A stretch of 64,000 nucleotides of DNA from an uncultured Bacteroidales bacterium. Its GTDB lineage: Bacteria > Bacteroidota > Bacteroidia > Bacteroidales > VadinHA17. Of this stretch, positions 47,675-59,364 are shown one piece after another. The notes below the pieces were generated by a model. That model was not told the DNA's origin and did no database searches. It worked only from the letters and a program-made list of their open reading frames with translations. Numbering within the stretch: the stretch's first letter is position 1; each line of letters starts with the position of its first letter. The position numbers and the translations under genes are program-made. The DNA lies in contig CAWHGX010000001.1 in NCBI GenBank assembly GCA_963828775.1, positions 47,415 to 111,414 of the forward strand, written 5' to 3'.

Positions 47675-50494
47675 CTATGCTTTAAGCTCAGGTTCAAGGA
47701 ATAATCCCGTATAGCTTTCTCTGCATCTCGCCAGTTTTTCAGGGGTTCCGGAAAAGATGATATCACCGCCCTCCTTACCTCCCTCCTTCCCCAGATCAAT
47801 AATATAATCTGCCATTTTTATTACATCCATATTATGTTCGATGACAATAACAGTGTTTCCCCTGTCGACAAGCTTATCAAGCACTTCAAGAAGAACCCTT
47901 ACATCTTCAAAATGCAGTCCTGTTGTAGGCTCATCGAGGATGTAAAGAGTTTTACCGGTATCACGTCTGGCAAGTTCCGTGGCAAGTTTAATACGCTGTG
48001 CCTCACCACCGGAAAGTGTTGTTGACTGCTGTCCGAGTCTTATATATCCCAAACCTACATCCTGCAGGGTTTTAATCTTATGATAAATTGAAGGAACATT
48101 GGCGAAGAAATCAACTGCCACATTAACTGTCATTTCAAGTACATCACTGATTGACTGTCCCTTGTACTTCACTTCAAGTGTCTCCCGGTTATAGCGCCTG
48201 CCATTGCACTCAGTGCAATGGACATATACATCCGGCAAAAAGTTCATTTCAATGGTTTTCACTCCGGCTCCTTCACAACCTTCACATCTTCCTCCTTTTA
48301 CATTAAAGGAAAACCTCCCGGCGGTGAATCCCCTGATTTTTGCTTCAGTAGTCTGCTCAAACAGCTTCCTGATGTCTGTAAAAACACCTGTATAGGTCGC
48401 AGGATTTGACCGTGGCGTCTTGCCTATCGGAGACTGACTGACTTCAATGACCTTGTCAAGGTTTTCAAGTCCGGAAATATCCTTGTACGGAAGAGGCGTT
48501 TTACCTGAATTATGAAATCTCTTTGCGAGGGCAGGATGAAGTGTTTGATTTATTAAAGAGGATTTCCCGCTCCCGGAGACTCCTGTAACGCATATGAATG
48601 TACCCAGGGGAAAAACCACATCGACATTGTTAAGGTTATGACCCGAAGCACCTGTCATCGTAAGGAATTTACCGTTCCCGGGTCTCCTCGTTTCGGGGAT
48701 ATTAAATTTCTTATCATGGTTCAGGTATCCTGAAGTAAGTGTTTTAAATGACTTTATCTCATCGGGAGATCCCCATGCCACAATGCGGCCCCCATGGCGG
48801 CCGGCTCCGGGTCCCATATCTATTATATGGTCCGACGACAGTATCATCTCCCTGTCGTGTTCAACCACAATAACTGAGTTTCCTGAGTCCCTGAGCTGTT
48901 TCAAAGAGGCAATGAGCCGCCTGTTATCTCTCTGGTGCAACCCGATGCTGGGTTCATCAAGAATATATAGCACATTAACAAGCCTCGATCCTATCTGTGT
49001 GGCCAGTCTTATCCTCTGGCTTTCACCGCCCGAAAGGGTTCTGGCACCCCTGTTTAACGAAAGATACTCAAGACCTACATCAAGCAAAAAACCGAGTCGT
49101 GCCCTTAACTCCTTGAGAATTTCTGCGGCAATCAGCTTTTGTTTTATTGTCAGCTTTTCCTCAATATTGCCAAGGAATGACGACAGATCTTTTATATCCA
49201 TCGAAGCAAGCTCTCCGATATTTTTATCAGCAATCCTGAAAAAGAGAGCTTCTTTCTTAAGCCTCGTCCCGTTACATTCCGGACAAACATCATACTGGAC
49301 ATACTGATCCCTTATTCTCGTTCCGTTTTTCTTGCCGTTGATAACCTCAATATTTCCAACAAAATTAACTACCCCCTCAAATGTCAGAAAATAATTGGAA
49401 GTCATTCCAAGAGGAGTATTCGACAGCTTAAGCACTTCATCGGAACCATAGAGCACCTTATTAAGAGCCTCTTCAGGTATATCCATTATTGGAGTGTCGA
49501 GTGTAAATCCGTTCTTTTCAGCAATGGCTTCGATCTGCCAGAAGATCCAGACATTCTTATATTTTCCGAGTGGTTCAATCCCTCCTTTCCTTATGCTGAG
49601 AAGAGGATCGGGAATCAGTTTTTTAATATCAATGCTTGATATCTCACCCAGCCCGTTGCAATGAGGACAGGCACCCTGTGGCGAATTGAATGAAAAGGTA
49701 TGAGGAGCCGGTTCGTTATAGGAAATACCGGTAACAGGGCACATAAGATGACGGCTGAAATATCTGGGCTCCGTGCTTTCAGTATCGAGAATCATCATAA
49801 CCCCGTCGCCCTGGTCAAGTGCAATAAACACTGAATCGCGAAGTCTTTTATCGGTAATCTCCCCCACCCTGAACTTATCAACTACAAGTTCAATATTGTG
49901 TGTTTTATAACGGTCAAGTTTAAGTCCGTGAACAATCTCCCTTATTTCACCATTGATCCGCACATGGAGGAAACCTTTCCGGCGAAGTTGTTCAAACAGC
50001 TCCTTATAATGCCCTTTTCTGCCTTTGACTACCGGAGCCAGAAAGTATACCTTTTTATCGGCAAAACGCGTCTTGACAAGTTCCAGAATCTGATCATCAG
50101 TATACTTGACCATCTTTTCTCCTGAAGCCCAGGAGTACGCCTCCCCTGCACGTGCAAACAAAAGTCTTAGAAAGTCATATATTTCGGTTATTGTACCTAC
50201 TGTTGACCGGGGATTTTTGTTTGTAGACTTCTGCTCTATTGAAATGACCGGGCTCAGCCCCGAAATTTTATCCACATCCGGACGTTCCATTCCTCCAAGA
50301 AACTGACGTGCATAGGCGGAGAGAGTCTCCATATAACGTCTTTGTCCCTCAGCATATATGGTATCAAAGGCAAGAGATGATTTACCGCTGCCGCTCAACC
50401 CGGTGATAACAACCAGTTTGTTACGTGGAATTGTAACATCAATATTCTGCAGATTATGTACTCTGGCTCCAAGAACCTTAATTTCATCTTTCAT
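47675..50494 (-). CDS. uvrA: excinuclease ABC subunit UvrA
   Basis: [23 protein letters not shown], zinc-finger Cys pairs ([25 protein letters not shown]...CTECNG), a second P-loop [10 protein letters not shown], and LSGGE signatures. 939 aa. Confidence 0.97.
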   Translation of the reverse strand: MKDEIKVLGARVHNLQNIDVTIPRNKLVVITGLSGSGKSSLAFDTIYAEGQRRYMETLSAYARQFLGGMERPDVDKISGLSPVISIEQKSTNKNPRSTVGTITEIYDFLRLLFARAGEAYSWASGEKMVKYTDDQILELVKTRFADKKVYFLAPVVKGRKGHYKELFEQLRRKGFLHVRINGEIREIVHGLKLDRYKTHNIELVVDKFRVGEITDKRLRDSVFIALDQGDGVMMILDTESTEPRYFSRHLMCPVTGISYNEPAPHTFSFNSPQGACPHCNGLGEISSIDIKKLIPDPLLSIRKGGIEPLGKYKNVWIFWQIEAIAEKNGFTLDTPIMDIPEEALNKVLYGSDEVLKLSNTPLGMTSNYFLTFEGVVNFVGNIEVINGKKNGTRIRDQYVQYDVCPECNGTRLKKEALFFRIADKNIGELASMDIKDLSSFLGNIEEKLTIKQKLIAAEILKELRARLGFLLDVGLEYLSLNRGARTLSGGESQRIRLATQIGSRLVNVLYILDEPSIGLHQRDNRRLIASLKQLRDSGNSVIVVEHDREMILSSDHIIDMGPGAGRHGGRIVAWGSPDEIKSFKTLTSGYLNHDKKFNIPETRRPGNGKFLTMTGASGHNLNNVDVVFPLGTFICVTGVSGSGKSSLINQTLHPALAKRFHNSGKTPLPYKDISGLENLDKVIEVSQSPIGKTPRSNPATYTGVFTDIRKLFEQTTEAKIRGFTAGRFSFNVKGGRCEGCEGAGVKTIEMNFLPDVYVHCTECNGRRYNRETLEVKYKGQSISDVLEMTVNVAVDFFANVPSIYHKIKTLQDVGLGYIRLGQQSTTLSGGEAQRIKLATELARRDTGKTLYILDEPTTGLHFEDVRVLLEVLDKLVDRGNTVIVIEHNMDVIKMADYIIDLGKEGGKEGGDIIFSGTPEKLARCRESYTGLFLEPELKA

Positions 50495-50517
50495 CTCAAT
50501 CCTTACCCTTCGCTCAA

Positions 50518-51477
50518 TCAGTTATCAGTATCAGTTTTTTCAAGGGAACGCATACCTTCGGCAGGTATCTTAATAAGATATTCTTTATTTGGTTTTGGGG
50601 TCAGATAAGGCTTCCTAAGCCAGGGATTCAGAAATTTCAGCATTTTATAATTTGTCCCGAACTTCTTCGCGAACACAGAGAAATCAGAGACTGCAGTATC
50701 CACTTTTACTTCATAGAAATCAAGTTCAGGATAAAGATCACTTATGTCAAGGGTAAAGCCAAAATTCTCCGGATCAGTGATTACCAGCTTATAAGCTACT
50801 GCCCTGAAGATATACCGTGCTGTTTCCTCTGCCAGAAGAAGATCATAATAATTATTCTCCTTTTGAATCCTGATCTGTTCATCAAGTGCAGCCCGGCCAC
50901 CGTTATATGATGCTGCTGCCAGTGTCCAGTTGCCGTATTTTTCATACGATTTTCGAAAATAATCGCATGCAAATTGTGTCGATTTCTCAATATGGTAGCG
51001 CTCATCCACAACAGGGTTGATCTCCATTCCATATTCCCTGCCGGTCTCTGCCATGATCTGCCAGAAACCTGTAGCACCTGCTGGCGATACCATATTGCTG
51101 AACTCGCTCTCAGCTGCAACGAGGTATTTAAAGTCGTCAGGAATATTATTCTTTTTGAGGATCTCTTCAATAATTGGCAAATAACGGTTAGCCCTTTTTA
51201 TTATCATGATTGTGGAAGAGTGCCTGTAAGCACTTGTCAGAATTTCACGATCAAGGCTTTCACGTGTATCAAAGTTATCCAGAGGCATTTTCTCACCAGC
51301 AAAACTAACATTTTCAGGCAGTTTGTGCGGCCTGTTAAAATAAATTGTATCCCGGTCCGGTTCGGTTTTGCTGTTACTGCGGAAATTCTTAAAGCCACCA
51401 TTGATCACCAATATTGATGCTACAATGATGATCACGGTAAATCCAGCCGTCAGGGATCTCATGTTTGATCTGGACAT
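50518..51477 (-). CDS. lytic transglycosylase (SLT domain) with N-terminal TM anchor
   Basis: TM segment [13 protein letters not shown] and an SLT catalytic region ([32 protein letters not shown]). Confidence 0.75.
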   Translation of the reverse strand: MSRSNMRSLTAGFTVIIIVASILVINGGFKNFRSNSKTEPDRDTIYFNRPHKLPENVSFAGEKMPLDNFDTRESLDREILTSAYRHSSTIMIIKRANRYLPIIEEILKKNNIPDDFKYLVAAESEFSNMVSPAGATGFWQIMAETGREYGMEINPVVDERYHIEKSTQFACDYFRKSYEKYGNWTLAAASYNGGRAALDEQIRIQKENNYYDLLLAEETARYIFRAVAYKLVITDPENFGFTLDISDLYPELDFYEVKVDTAVSDFSVFAKKFGTNYKMLKFLNPWLRKPYLTPKPNKEYLIKIPAEGMRSLEKTDTDN

Positions 51478-51607
51478 CTTGTTTTTCTGGTTTTTTAAAT
51501 AAAATGCAAAGGTAATGTTTTTACATCTTATAAATAAGCCAACCTTATTCTAAAATGAAAAAAGAAATGATTGAAAGGAAAAGAGGATAACAGAAATGGT
51601 AACCTGA

Positions 51608-52944
51608 TCAGAACTTATATGATAATCCGGAGAACACACCAAATGAATAAGGATGGATCCTTAATCCCGGGATCTCACCAAATGGATTGAGATAATATCT
51701 GAATGTTGGTTCAAGATTCAAAGAGAATTTTTCGGAAAGGCTGTATTCAATTCCCATCCCCATGGAGCTGCTTACCATGAACGGATTTAATCCTGCAGTT
51801 TTCCCGATAGCATATTTACTTCCGTCAATGACTGTATGCACTGAATTATTAACCAGAAGGTTATACGACAATCCACCTATCAGGTTAAAGTCAATGCTCT
51901 TATCAATAAGCTTATATCTCAGGATAACCGGCATTTCAATATAGCTGAAATTCTGGAAAAGCGAGTTATTGATATATGAAAGGTTAGCCTTGGTGGGATC
52001 AAATACATCATTGGTGTACCTGGTCAGAACACGGTCACCGGAGTTATCGAGAAGAAATATATCAGCATTTTCAGTATATATCCTTCCGCTCGATGTCAGT
52101 ACCTCAAAATTATGGTCTCCTTTGGTATAGTCATACTCGCGGAATCCCGCAAAGGAGTTTATTCCCCCCACTTCATTTCCGATCGAAGAGTAATAGAGAC
52201 CTGACTGAATACTTAGTTTTTTGCTGATCTTGTACGCGAAAGAGACACCTCCTGAATAAGAGATCCTGGATTGTTCGGAAGAGGAGATCTGGTTTGAAAG
52301 CTCATTGTTGTTCATCTCCATACTGAGGTAATATGTAGGAGATGCCATTGCCGTAACGGACCATCTGTTTATCTTTTCTTTCTGTTCCTCGTAATCAGGC
52401 TTATTCAGGCCTTCAAAGTCTGTATTGAAATTACCGGCATTATAGTTGAAGCGCGGAACGGTCTGTATTGATGGCAGGGATCTCCAGTTTGTCGCTGTCG
52501 GTCAGAATAGACCTCATCGGTCAATGATCCTGGATCATGTGATGAAAGATATTCATCATCAGATGATTCAACAATTCCTGACTGGTCCGAAGGTTGGTTT
52601 TTCCTGTCTGTTGTCCCGGGCATATTGTCTGAAAGGGGCTTCCTGCCTTGATTTTCTGCGATCAGAGTATTATCCGGAACCTGTATTGACTCTTCGCTCA
52701 CAGCGAGCATAGGATTCTGTAGTGATGATGATAATTCTTTGCTCCAGCGATAAGCCAGGAAACTTATAGATAACAAAACAGCAATAAGTGCGGCACTTCT
52801 AAGTAATATGACAGGTTTTTGTTTTTTCCTTATGACAGGAAAAATGTTGCCCCATACCCCAACCGGTGGAAGGACTTCAAAATCTTTGAGTCCGTTCCTG
52901 AAAAGAAGATCAATATTTGCTTCTTTGTTATCCACTGACCACAT
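51608..52944 (-). pseudogene. anti-sigma-like TM protein fused to an outer-membrane beta-barrel domain (one frameshift near 52500)
   Basis: ORF 52405-52944 is the N-terminus plus TM (LLRSAALIAVLLSISFLAY). The frame of 51608-52348 is open up to 52501 and encodes an alternating-pattern beta-barrel ending in SGLSYKF. Confidence 0.55.
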
Positions 52945-53488
52945 CCTTTTTTAATCCGGTATACAGTTTTACTTTCTTCTGCAGGATGATTCTTGCCCTG
53001 GATAAGTTTGATTTTGAAGTGCCTTCCGAAATCTTGACCATCTGGCTGATCTCTTTGTGCGAATAACCTTCGATTGCAAAAAGATTGAATACCATCCTGT
53101 ACTTTGGTGGCAGCTCCCTGATAATATCAAGCAGGTCAACTGCTTCGAGCCCTGCATAATCCTCCGTTTCAGGAGCAGCATCAGGCTCCTGTATCAGATC
53201 AATGTCATCAACCCTGTAAAGATTATGCCTGCTCCGGTATTTCTCAAGTGCAGTATTGACAATTATCCTCCGCATCCATCCTTCAAAAGAACCTTCATTC
53301 TTGTAATGGATGAGATTTTCAAATATCTTGATATATCCTTCCTGGAGAATATCCCTTGCCTCATCATCATTACCTGAATACTGAAGACATACAGCATATA
53401 GTTTTGCCGCATGCCTCCTGTACAGAAGTTCCTGATCCCTTCTGTTGCCTGCCAGACAACCTTTAATTATATTTCTTATATCAGGCAA
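52928..53488 (-). CDS. ECF-type RNA polymerase sigma-70 factor
   Basis: Region 2 (DEARDILQEGYIKIF, FEGWMRRIIVNTAL) and region 4 (GYSHKEISQMVKISEGTSKSNLSRAR). Overlaps the downstream gene start by 17 nt. Confidence 0.85.
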   Translation of the reverse strand: MPDIRNIIKGCLAGNRRDQELLYRRHAAKLYAVCLQYSGNDDEARDILQEGYIKIFENLIHYKNEGSFEGWMRRIIVNTALEKYRSRHNLYRVDDIDLIQEPDAAPETEDYAGLEAVDLLDIIRELPPKYRMVFNLFAIEGYSHKEISQMVKISEGTSKSNLSRARIILQKKVKLYTGLKKDVVSG

Positions 53489-53600
53489 GGTATATTACCT
53501 TTTGAGAATATAAAAATAAATAAAAATTGTCTGAATTACAGCAATTCTTAAAATATTGATGCAAATTTTTTAAAAAAGGTTGCGTCTAACGGATAATAAA

Positions 53601-53667
53601 CAGGCAACAGGCGACGGGCAACAGGCAACAGTCAAGTCAATGACCTGACGCCTGACGCCTGTCGCCT
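53601..53667. repeat. paired heptamer tandem arrays: (CAGGCRA)x5 - centre - (CCTGWCG)x3, inverted copies of one heptamer; terminator candidate for lpdA
   Basis: Left array 53601-53640, right array 53644-53666. AGGCGACGGGC (53609-53619) pairs with GCCTGTCGCCT (53657-53667), with one G-T pair. On the minus strand it is followed by TTTATTAT. Confidence 0.8.
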
Positions 53668-53668
53668 T

Positions 53669-55061
53669 TCAAATATGTATTACTTCACCATACGCGGCAG
53701 CTGCGGCTTCCATTATTGCTTCCGACATTGTAGGATGCGGATGTACAGCTTTTATAATTTCGTGAGCTGTTGTTTCAAGCTTCCTTGCGACTATAATTTC
53801 CGAAATCAGCTCGGTAACATTTGCCCCTATCATATGCGCTCCCAGCAGTTCGCCGTAAGCTGAATCAAAGATCAGCTTTACAAAACCATCTTTTGAACCG
53901 GATGCACTGGCTTTGCCCGAAGCAGTAAACGGGAATTTGCCAACCCTGATATCATAACCGGCTTCCCTGGCAGCAGCTTCTGTAAGCCCGCATGACGCAA
54001 TTTCGGGATTGGTATATGTACACAAAGGAATATTCTTGTAATCAAGGGGATCCGGGTCAAGCCCGGCAATCTTTTCAACACAGATTATGCCTTCAGCTGA
54101 AGCTACATGGGCCAGTGCCGGACCATGAACAATATCGCCAATTGCAAAAACACCTGGTATGTTGGTCCGGTAATAGTCATCCACAACGATTTTGCCCTTT
54201 TCTGTCTCAACTCCTGCAGTCTCAAGCCCAATGCCTTCGATATTTGCTGAAACACCAACTGCTGAAAAAACAATGTCAGCCTCTGCTTCTTCGTAAACCT
54301 TTCGGAGTCTTGATTTTAACCTTGCATTTTTCACCTGAAGTGTCGGCTGATTCGACAGTTGAGTCAGTCAGCACTCTCATCTTCATCTTTTTAAAAGACC
54401 TTTCAAGCTGTTTTGAGACTTCTTCATCTTCATTCGGGACTATCCTGGGAAGAAATTCAACCAGGGTGACATTTGTACCCAGCGACTGGTAAAAACAAGC
54501 AAATTCGCTCCCGATCGCTCCTGAACCGACAACCACCATTGATTCAGGTTGCTTATCAAGGTTCATAGCCTCCCTGTAACCTATGATCTTAATCCCGTCC
54601 TGTATCAGATTCGGAAGTACTTTGGATCTTGCCCCGGTTGCCAGAATGATACTGGTCGCAGTGTAGTTCTTTACATTCCCTTCAGTATCTTTTACTTCAA
54701 CAGTATTATTCTTAGCCAGCGTTCCGAATCCTTTGATCAGTTCAATGTTGTTTTTCCGGAAGAGGAACTGGACTCCCCTGCTCATTCCATCAGCAATGCT
54801 TCTGCTGCGCGCTATTATTGCCTTAAAATCGGGTTTTACTTCTCCTTCAATCCTGATGCCATAATCTGAAGCATGATTCAAATAATCCAGTACCTGTGAG
54901 CTTTTCAGGAGCGACTTTGTAGGGATGCATCCCCAGTTCAGACAGATACCCCCGATTTCGGCTTTTTCGACAACAGCAACTTTCATTTTCAGCTGTGATG
55001 CCCTGATAGCTGCCACATAACCGCCTGGGCCGCTTCCGATAATTAAAAGGTCGTAATCCAT
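53669..55061 (-). pseudogene. lpdA: dihydrolipoyl dehydrogenase (E3), one frameshift near 54290
   Basis: ORF 54276-55061 has the FAD site GSGPGGYVAAIRA, the redox disulfide CLNWGCIPTK and the NAD site VVVGSGAIGSEFA. ORF 53669-54334 has GVFAIGD and HPHPTMSE. Confidence 0.88.
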
Positions 55062-55094
55062 ATTATTTACATTTTATTATAGAACCAATGAAAA

Positions 55095-55922
55095 TCATTT
55101 GTTCCTTACCCTTGTTACATTGATAACTTCTTTTACCGCTTTTGCAATTATCCAGATTATCACAAGAGTAAATATAATTGTTGCACCCACTGGTATCCCT
55201 GCAAAATATGATATGGCATAACCTGCTGTTGTACCAATGAATCCTGCTGCAACTGACCATATAACTATATTAAAATAAACTCTTGTGAAGATCATTGCAA
55301 TATTCGGCGGAATAGTCAGGAGCGAGATTACCAGCACAACTCCTGCCATTCTGATGTTCAGAACAATGGTTAATGCAATGAGTGCAGTCGTAATGTACTT
55401 GAAAACGTTGACATATGCAGAGTAGGTCCTGGCAAATTGCTCATCGTATGAAATATACAGAATGGTCCTGTAAAAAATGCTGAAATAAAGTATCAGCAGT
55501 ACCGACATAATTCCAAGGGCAATTATATCCCCATAGGTAACCGTAAGAATACTCCCGAACAGGTAACTCATCAGGTTCGGCGTATATCCGGGTGTCAGGT
55601 AAATAAAAATAATTCCTATTGCCATTCCAAATGCCCAGAGAATGCCGATAGCTGAATCTTCCCTTATTTTTTGCTTCACCGACAGGTATTCAATCCCGAG
55701 AGCTGAAAGTATGCTGAAAACTGCCGCACAGACTACCGGATTGATCCCCGTAAAATAACCAATCCCTATTCCTCCAAAGGATGCATGCGTTATACCGCCG
55801 CTGAGAAAAACCATTCTTCTTGATACTATGTATGTACCTGCCAGGCCGGCAGTTATACTTGCAAAGATGGCTCCCAGAAGTCCTTTGACTATAAATTCAT
55901 ATTGAAATATGCCGCCCTCCAC
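55095..55922 (-). CDS. metal ABC transporter permease (ZnuB/TroC-like)
   Basis: Polytopic, about 275 aa, GTG start. Belongs to the ABC-3 family by layout and operon context with the ATPase and binding protein. Confidence 0.75.
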   Translation of the reverse strand: MEGGIFQYEFIVKGLLGAIFASITAGLAGTYIVSRRMVFLSGGITHASFGGIGIGYFTGINPVVCAAVFSILSALGIEYLSVKQKIREDSAIGILWAFGMAIGIIFIYLTPGYTPNLMSYLFGSILTVTYGDIIALGIMSVLLILYFSIFYRTILYISYDEQFARTYSAYVNVFKYITTALIALTIVLNIRMAGVVLVISLLTIPPNIAMIFTRVYFNIVIWSVAAGFIGTTAGYAISYFAGIPVGATIIFTLVIIWIIAKAVKEVINVTRVRNK

Positions 55923-55925
55923 AGA

Positions 55926-56672
55926 TCAGTGTTTTTTAAGAACAGTATGAGGAACTTCACCATGAGTGATAAGCTGAATCGGACAACCGTATGCCAGAAG
56001 CTGTTCATTCGTGATCTCCGATGATGGATGATAATGCAGATGCCGGTTTACACAGGCAAATGACTTGATATGAGCAGAAATAGTTCCGACGTCATGCGAA
56101 ACCATCATGATTGCCATCCGTCTGTTAAGTATCCTGAGTTTCTCGTAAAAATCATTCTCAAAGTTGGTATCAACAAAATTACCGGGTTCATCCAGAAGCA
56201 GAAGCCTGGGATCGCCGATTACGGCCCTGCCGAGAAATATCCTCTGAAGCTGGCCGCCGGAGAGTTCGCTCAGTGAAGAGTTTGCAAGCTCAGCAAGTCC
56301 CAATTCTTCAATAACCTGACCGGCTTTCTTCCTGTCCTGTATCGACATCATTGTTATCAGGCCTTTACGTATCATCAGACCTGAAAGTATCACATCCTTT
56401 ACCGTTACTGGAAAACTATTATCGCCTGTCGATATCTGGGGCAGATAACCGATCTTATTGCTTCGCTGGAGTTCCTGATCAAACACTATTTTGCCTTTGA
56501 CAGGCTTCACAAGTCCGAGAATAACTTTAAGAAGAGTTGTCTTCCCTCCTCCGTTAGGACCAATCACTCCGATGAAATCGTTATCAAATACTTTCAGCTC
56601 AGCATCCTGAAGCGCAATATTGTTCCCATAGGAAACCGACAGAGACTTCATTTCAAGCAGACAGACTGACAT
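55926..56672 (-). CDS. metal ABC transporter ATP-binding protein (ZnuC-like)
   Basis: Walker A GPNGGGKTT, signature LSGGQLQR, Walker B LLLDEP. Confidence 0.85.
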   Translation of the reverse strand: MSVCLLEMKSLSVSYGNNIALQDAELKVFDNDFIGVIGPNGGGKTTLLKVILGLVKPVKGKIVFDQELQRSNKIGYLPQISTGDNSFPVTVKDVILSGLMIRKGLITMMSIQDRKKAGQVIEELGLAELANSSLSELSGGQLQRIFLGRAVIGDPRLLLLDEPGNFVDTNFENDFYEKLRILNRRMAIMMVSHDVGTISAHIKSFACVNRHLHYHPSSEITNEQLLAYGCPIQLITHGEVPHTVLKKH

Positions 56673-56679
56673 ATTCCAT

Positions 56680-57552
56680 TTAGTTTACGTTCCCTTCAAA
56701 ACTATCCTTCAAAACCCTGATCATCCCGGTCGTCGCAGCATACCAGTCTTCCGACAACGGATCAATTACGACCACCCTGGCACCTGTTTCATCTGCGATC
56801 GCTCTTGCATTTTTTGTATCATACTCCCTCTGGATCAGGATCACCTTCAATTTATCCTGTTTTGCACGATCGATAAGGTCCTTCAGCCTTCCGGGAGAAG
56901 GCTCTTTCCCTTCATTTTCCACAGAAATCTCCTCAAGCCCGTAATCCCTTGCGAGGTATCCCAGGTTCGGATGATATATCATAAAGGCTCTATTCCAACC
57001 TGGCGAGGAGAGCTCTTTTGCCATGGAATCGACCTGCATTATTTTTTCAGTCAGAATTTCATAGTTTTCTTCATACAGCTTCCTGTTCTGCGGATCAAGT
57101 TCCGCTAAAAACTCCCCGACAGATTCAGCCATTTTCAGGGCACATAAAGGAGAGACCCAATAATGAGGATCGGCATTCTCATACAGGTCACCGTCGTGGT
57201 GATGCTCAGGCTTAATCGTTTCAATATTATCGCCAAGCGAGAGTTTTTTCATCTGACTGTTCATTTCATAAAAACGGTCAAGCCAGGTCATCTCAAATCC
57301 AAGATATCCATTGCTTATATACGCTACCGACTGACGCAATTTGTTGATCTGGTCAGGGAAAGGTTCATAAATATGAGGGTTTGCCCCGGACGGCACCATG
57401 ATATTTACTTTAAAATTTCCCCCTGAAATCCCGTCCACAAAGTATTTAAAAGGAGCTATGCTTACCGAAATAATCTTGCTTTCCGGTTCATTTCTCCTCC
57501 CGCAGGAAATCATCAGTACAGTTAACACTATCAGGAAGGAGATTCTTTTCAT
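56680..57552 (-). CDS. metal ABC transporter substrate-binding lipoprotein (ZnuA/TroA-like)
   Basis: Lipobox LMISCG and cluster-9 SBP layout. The His-rich loop KPEHHHDGDLYENADPHYW suggests zinc. Confidence 0.75.
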   Translation of the reverse strand: MKRISFLIVLTVLMISCGRRNEPESKIISVSIAPFKYFVDGISGGNFKVNIMVPSGANPHIYEPFPDQINKLRQSVAYISNGYLGFEMTWLDRFYEMNSQMKKLSLGDNIETIKPEHHHDGDLYENADPHYWVSPLCALKMAESVGEFLAELDPQNRKLYEENYEILTEKIMQVDSMAKELSSPGWNRAFMIYHPNLGYLARDYGLEEISVENEGKEPSPGRLKDLIDRAKQDKLKVILIQREYDTKNARAIADETGARVVVIDPLSEDWYAATTGMIRVLKDSFEGNVN

Positions 57553-57636
57553 CAGAGGTCATTTTCAGCAAGAATACAAAAATAATAACATATAACAGAT
57601 GAAAAGGTTTGTGTATTGAAAATAAATTAATATAAG

Positions 57637-57644
57637 TACTTTTG
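57637..57644 (+). promoter_or_regulatory. TAnnTTTG -7-type promoter box (TACTTTTG)
   Basis: Lies 48 nt upstream of the ATG at 57692. Confidence 0.3.
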
Positions 57645-57691
57645 AAAGGAACAAGTGTAAATCTGTCTGATATTAAAACCGAACAATCAGA

Positions 57692-59364
57692 ATGAAAAAA
57701 AATTATCTAATCCTTATCCCGGCATTAATTGCCATTTTACTTGGCCCGATGGTTCCGGTCAGGTGCCAGTACCTTAATCACGTGCAGAAGTCCGGCACGA
57801 TAAGGGCACTGGGTACTCAGTACCCCGGATTATGTTCAGTCAGGTCACTTTTAAAGACACCCGGAGGAAATGACATATGGCTGATGACAATTGGCACCGG
57901 CAACAGGGACAGTAAGCCCGGAATAGCAATTGTCGGAGGAGTTGACGGAAAATATCTTATCGGCAGCGAGCTCGCTAGTGGGATTTGCTGAAAAGCTCCT
58001 TAAAAGCTCCGTAGAGCCTGAGATAAAAGAGCTGCTCGACAAGATCACATTTTATATCTTTCCTGATGTTAGTCCTGATGCTTCGGCACAGTATTTCTCG
58101 GAACTTAAATATGAAAGAAGCATTAATTCCAGAACTACCGACGATGACAGGGATTTTGTCTTTGACGAAGATCCATGCGAAGACCTTAACAGGGATGGTT
58201 TGATTACCCTTATTCGCATTCAGGACCCCTCAGGCACCTGGATCGAAAGTGATGAGGACAAAAGAATAATGGTCCAGGCTGATATTTCCAAAGGGCAGAC
58301 AGGCAATTACCTGGTTTACAGCGAGGGAACCGACAATGACAAGGATGGACGTTTTAATGAAGATGGTGCGGGCGGTGTCAACTTTAACAAAAACCTTACC
58401 TATAATTATGAAGAGTTCGGCGCTAACAGCCGGACTCTACCCGGTATCAGAACCGGAGACAAGAGCTGTTGTCGATTTCCTGTATGACAGGTTCAATATC
58501 TATGCAGTTTTTACTTTTGGTCCTCAGGATAACCTCGGTCAGCCAATGAAAGCATCGGAACGCCCTTCCGCAACGCAAAATCCATCGCCCGAACAGGCTC
58601 CGGAGCAAGGCATGATGCGCAGGCAAAGGGGCAGAATTACTTCAATACTTAAAACCGACGAACTGATAAATAAGCTGGTTTCAGACAAATATCACGAGAT
58701 CACAGGGCTGAAAGGGACTCCTTCAGCGATAAATGAACCCGGTAATTTTATGGAATGGGCTTATTTTCATTATGGAAGATACAGCTTCAGTACACCCGGC
58801 TGGTGGTTAACGGTTGAAAAAGGGAAAAATCCCGAAGCTGTATTCCTGAAGTTTGCTGAAAAAAATAAACTGCAGGATATTTTTGTTCCATGGACCGAAA
58901 TTGCACATCCTGACTTTCCGGGTAAGAAAACCGAAGTCGGCGGGATTAAGCCCTTTGCACTTATTAATCCGCCATCTGACACCCTCGCTGACCTTGTGTC
59001 TTCGCATTATAAATTCATCACGGCAATTGCGGCCATGCATCCGGAACTTGAATTTCTTGATGTCAGGATTGAAAACGCCGGTGAAAATATTTTCAGATTA
59101 TCCCTGAAGATTCATAACAAAGGCGTTTTTGCTACAAACACCGAGGCAGGGGAACCGAATTTATGGACCAGGGTAATGAGACTGATTCTTGAGCCGTCAA
59201 ATGGACAGACTATCCTGAGCGGGTCAAAAGTACAAAGGATCCAGAGGCTTCAGGGAGATGAATCAGCTGAATTCAGCTGGCTCATTTCAGGGAAAGGCCG
59301 GGTTGAAATAAATGCAGGCTCGGTAAATGTAGTCCGGGCAACTTCGTCAGTAGAACTGAAGTGA
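57692..59364 (+). pseudogene. M14 carboxypeptidase-like protein, apparently lacking the HxxE zinc motif; two frameshifts
   Basis: ORFs 57692-57991, 57930-58487 and 58336-59364 are colinear and paralogous to 59472-61192 (DDDRD...DEDPCEDLNRDG calcium-type loops, PVSEPETRAVVDFL). The segment GGVDGKYLIGSE contains no His. Confidence 0.6.

Noticed and set aside
48783-49307. 174-aa ORF antisense to uvrA (and several 60-75-aa ORFs in 47834-50573)
   Set aside because: It lies entirely inside the strongly supported uvrA coding region on the opposite strand, has Ser/Pro/Leu-rich low-complexity translation and no recognisable motif. This is a typical shadow ORF.
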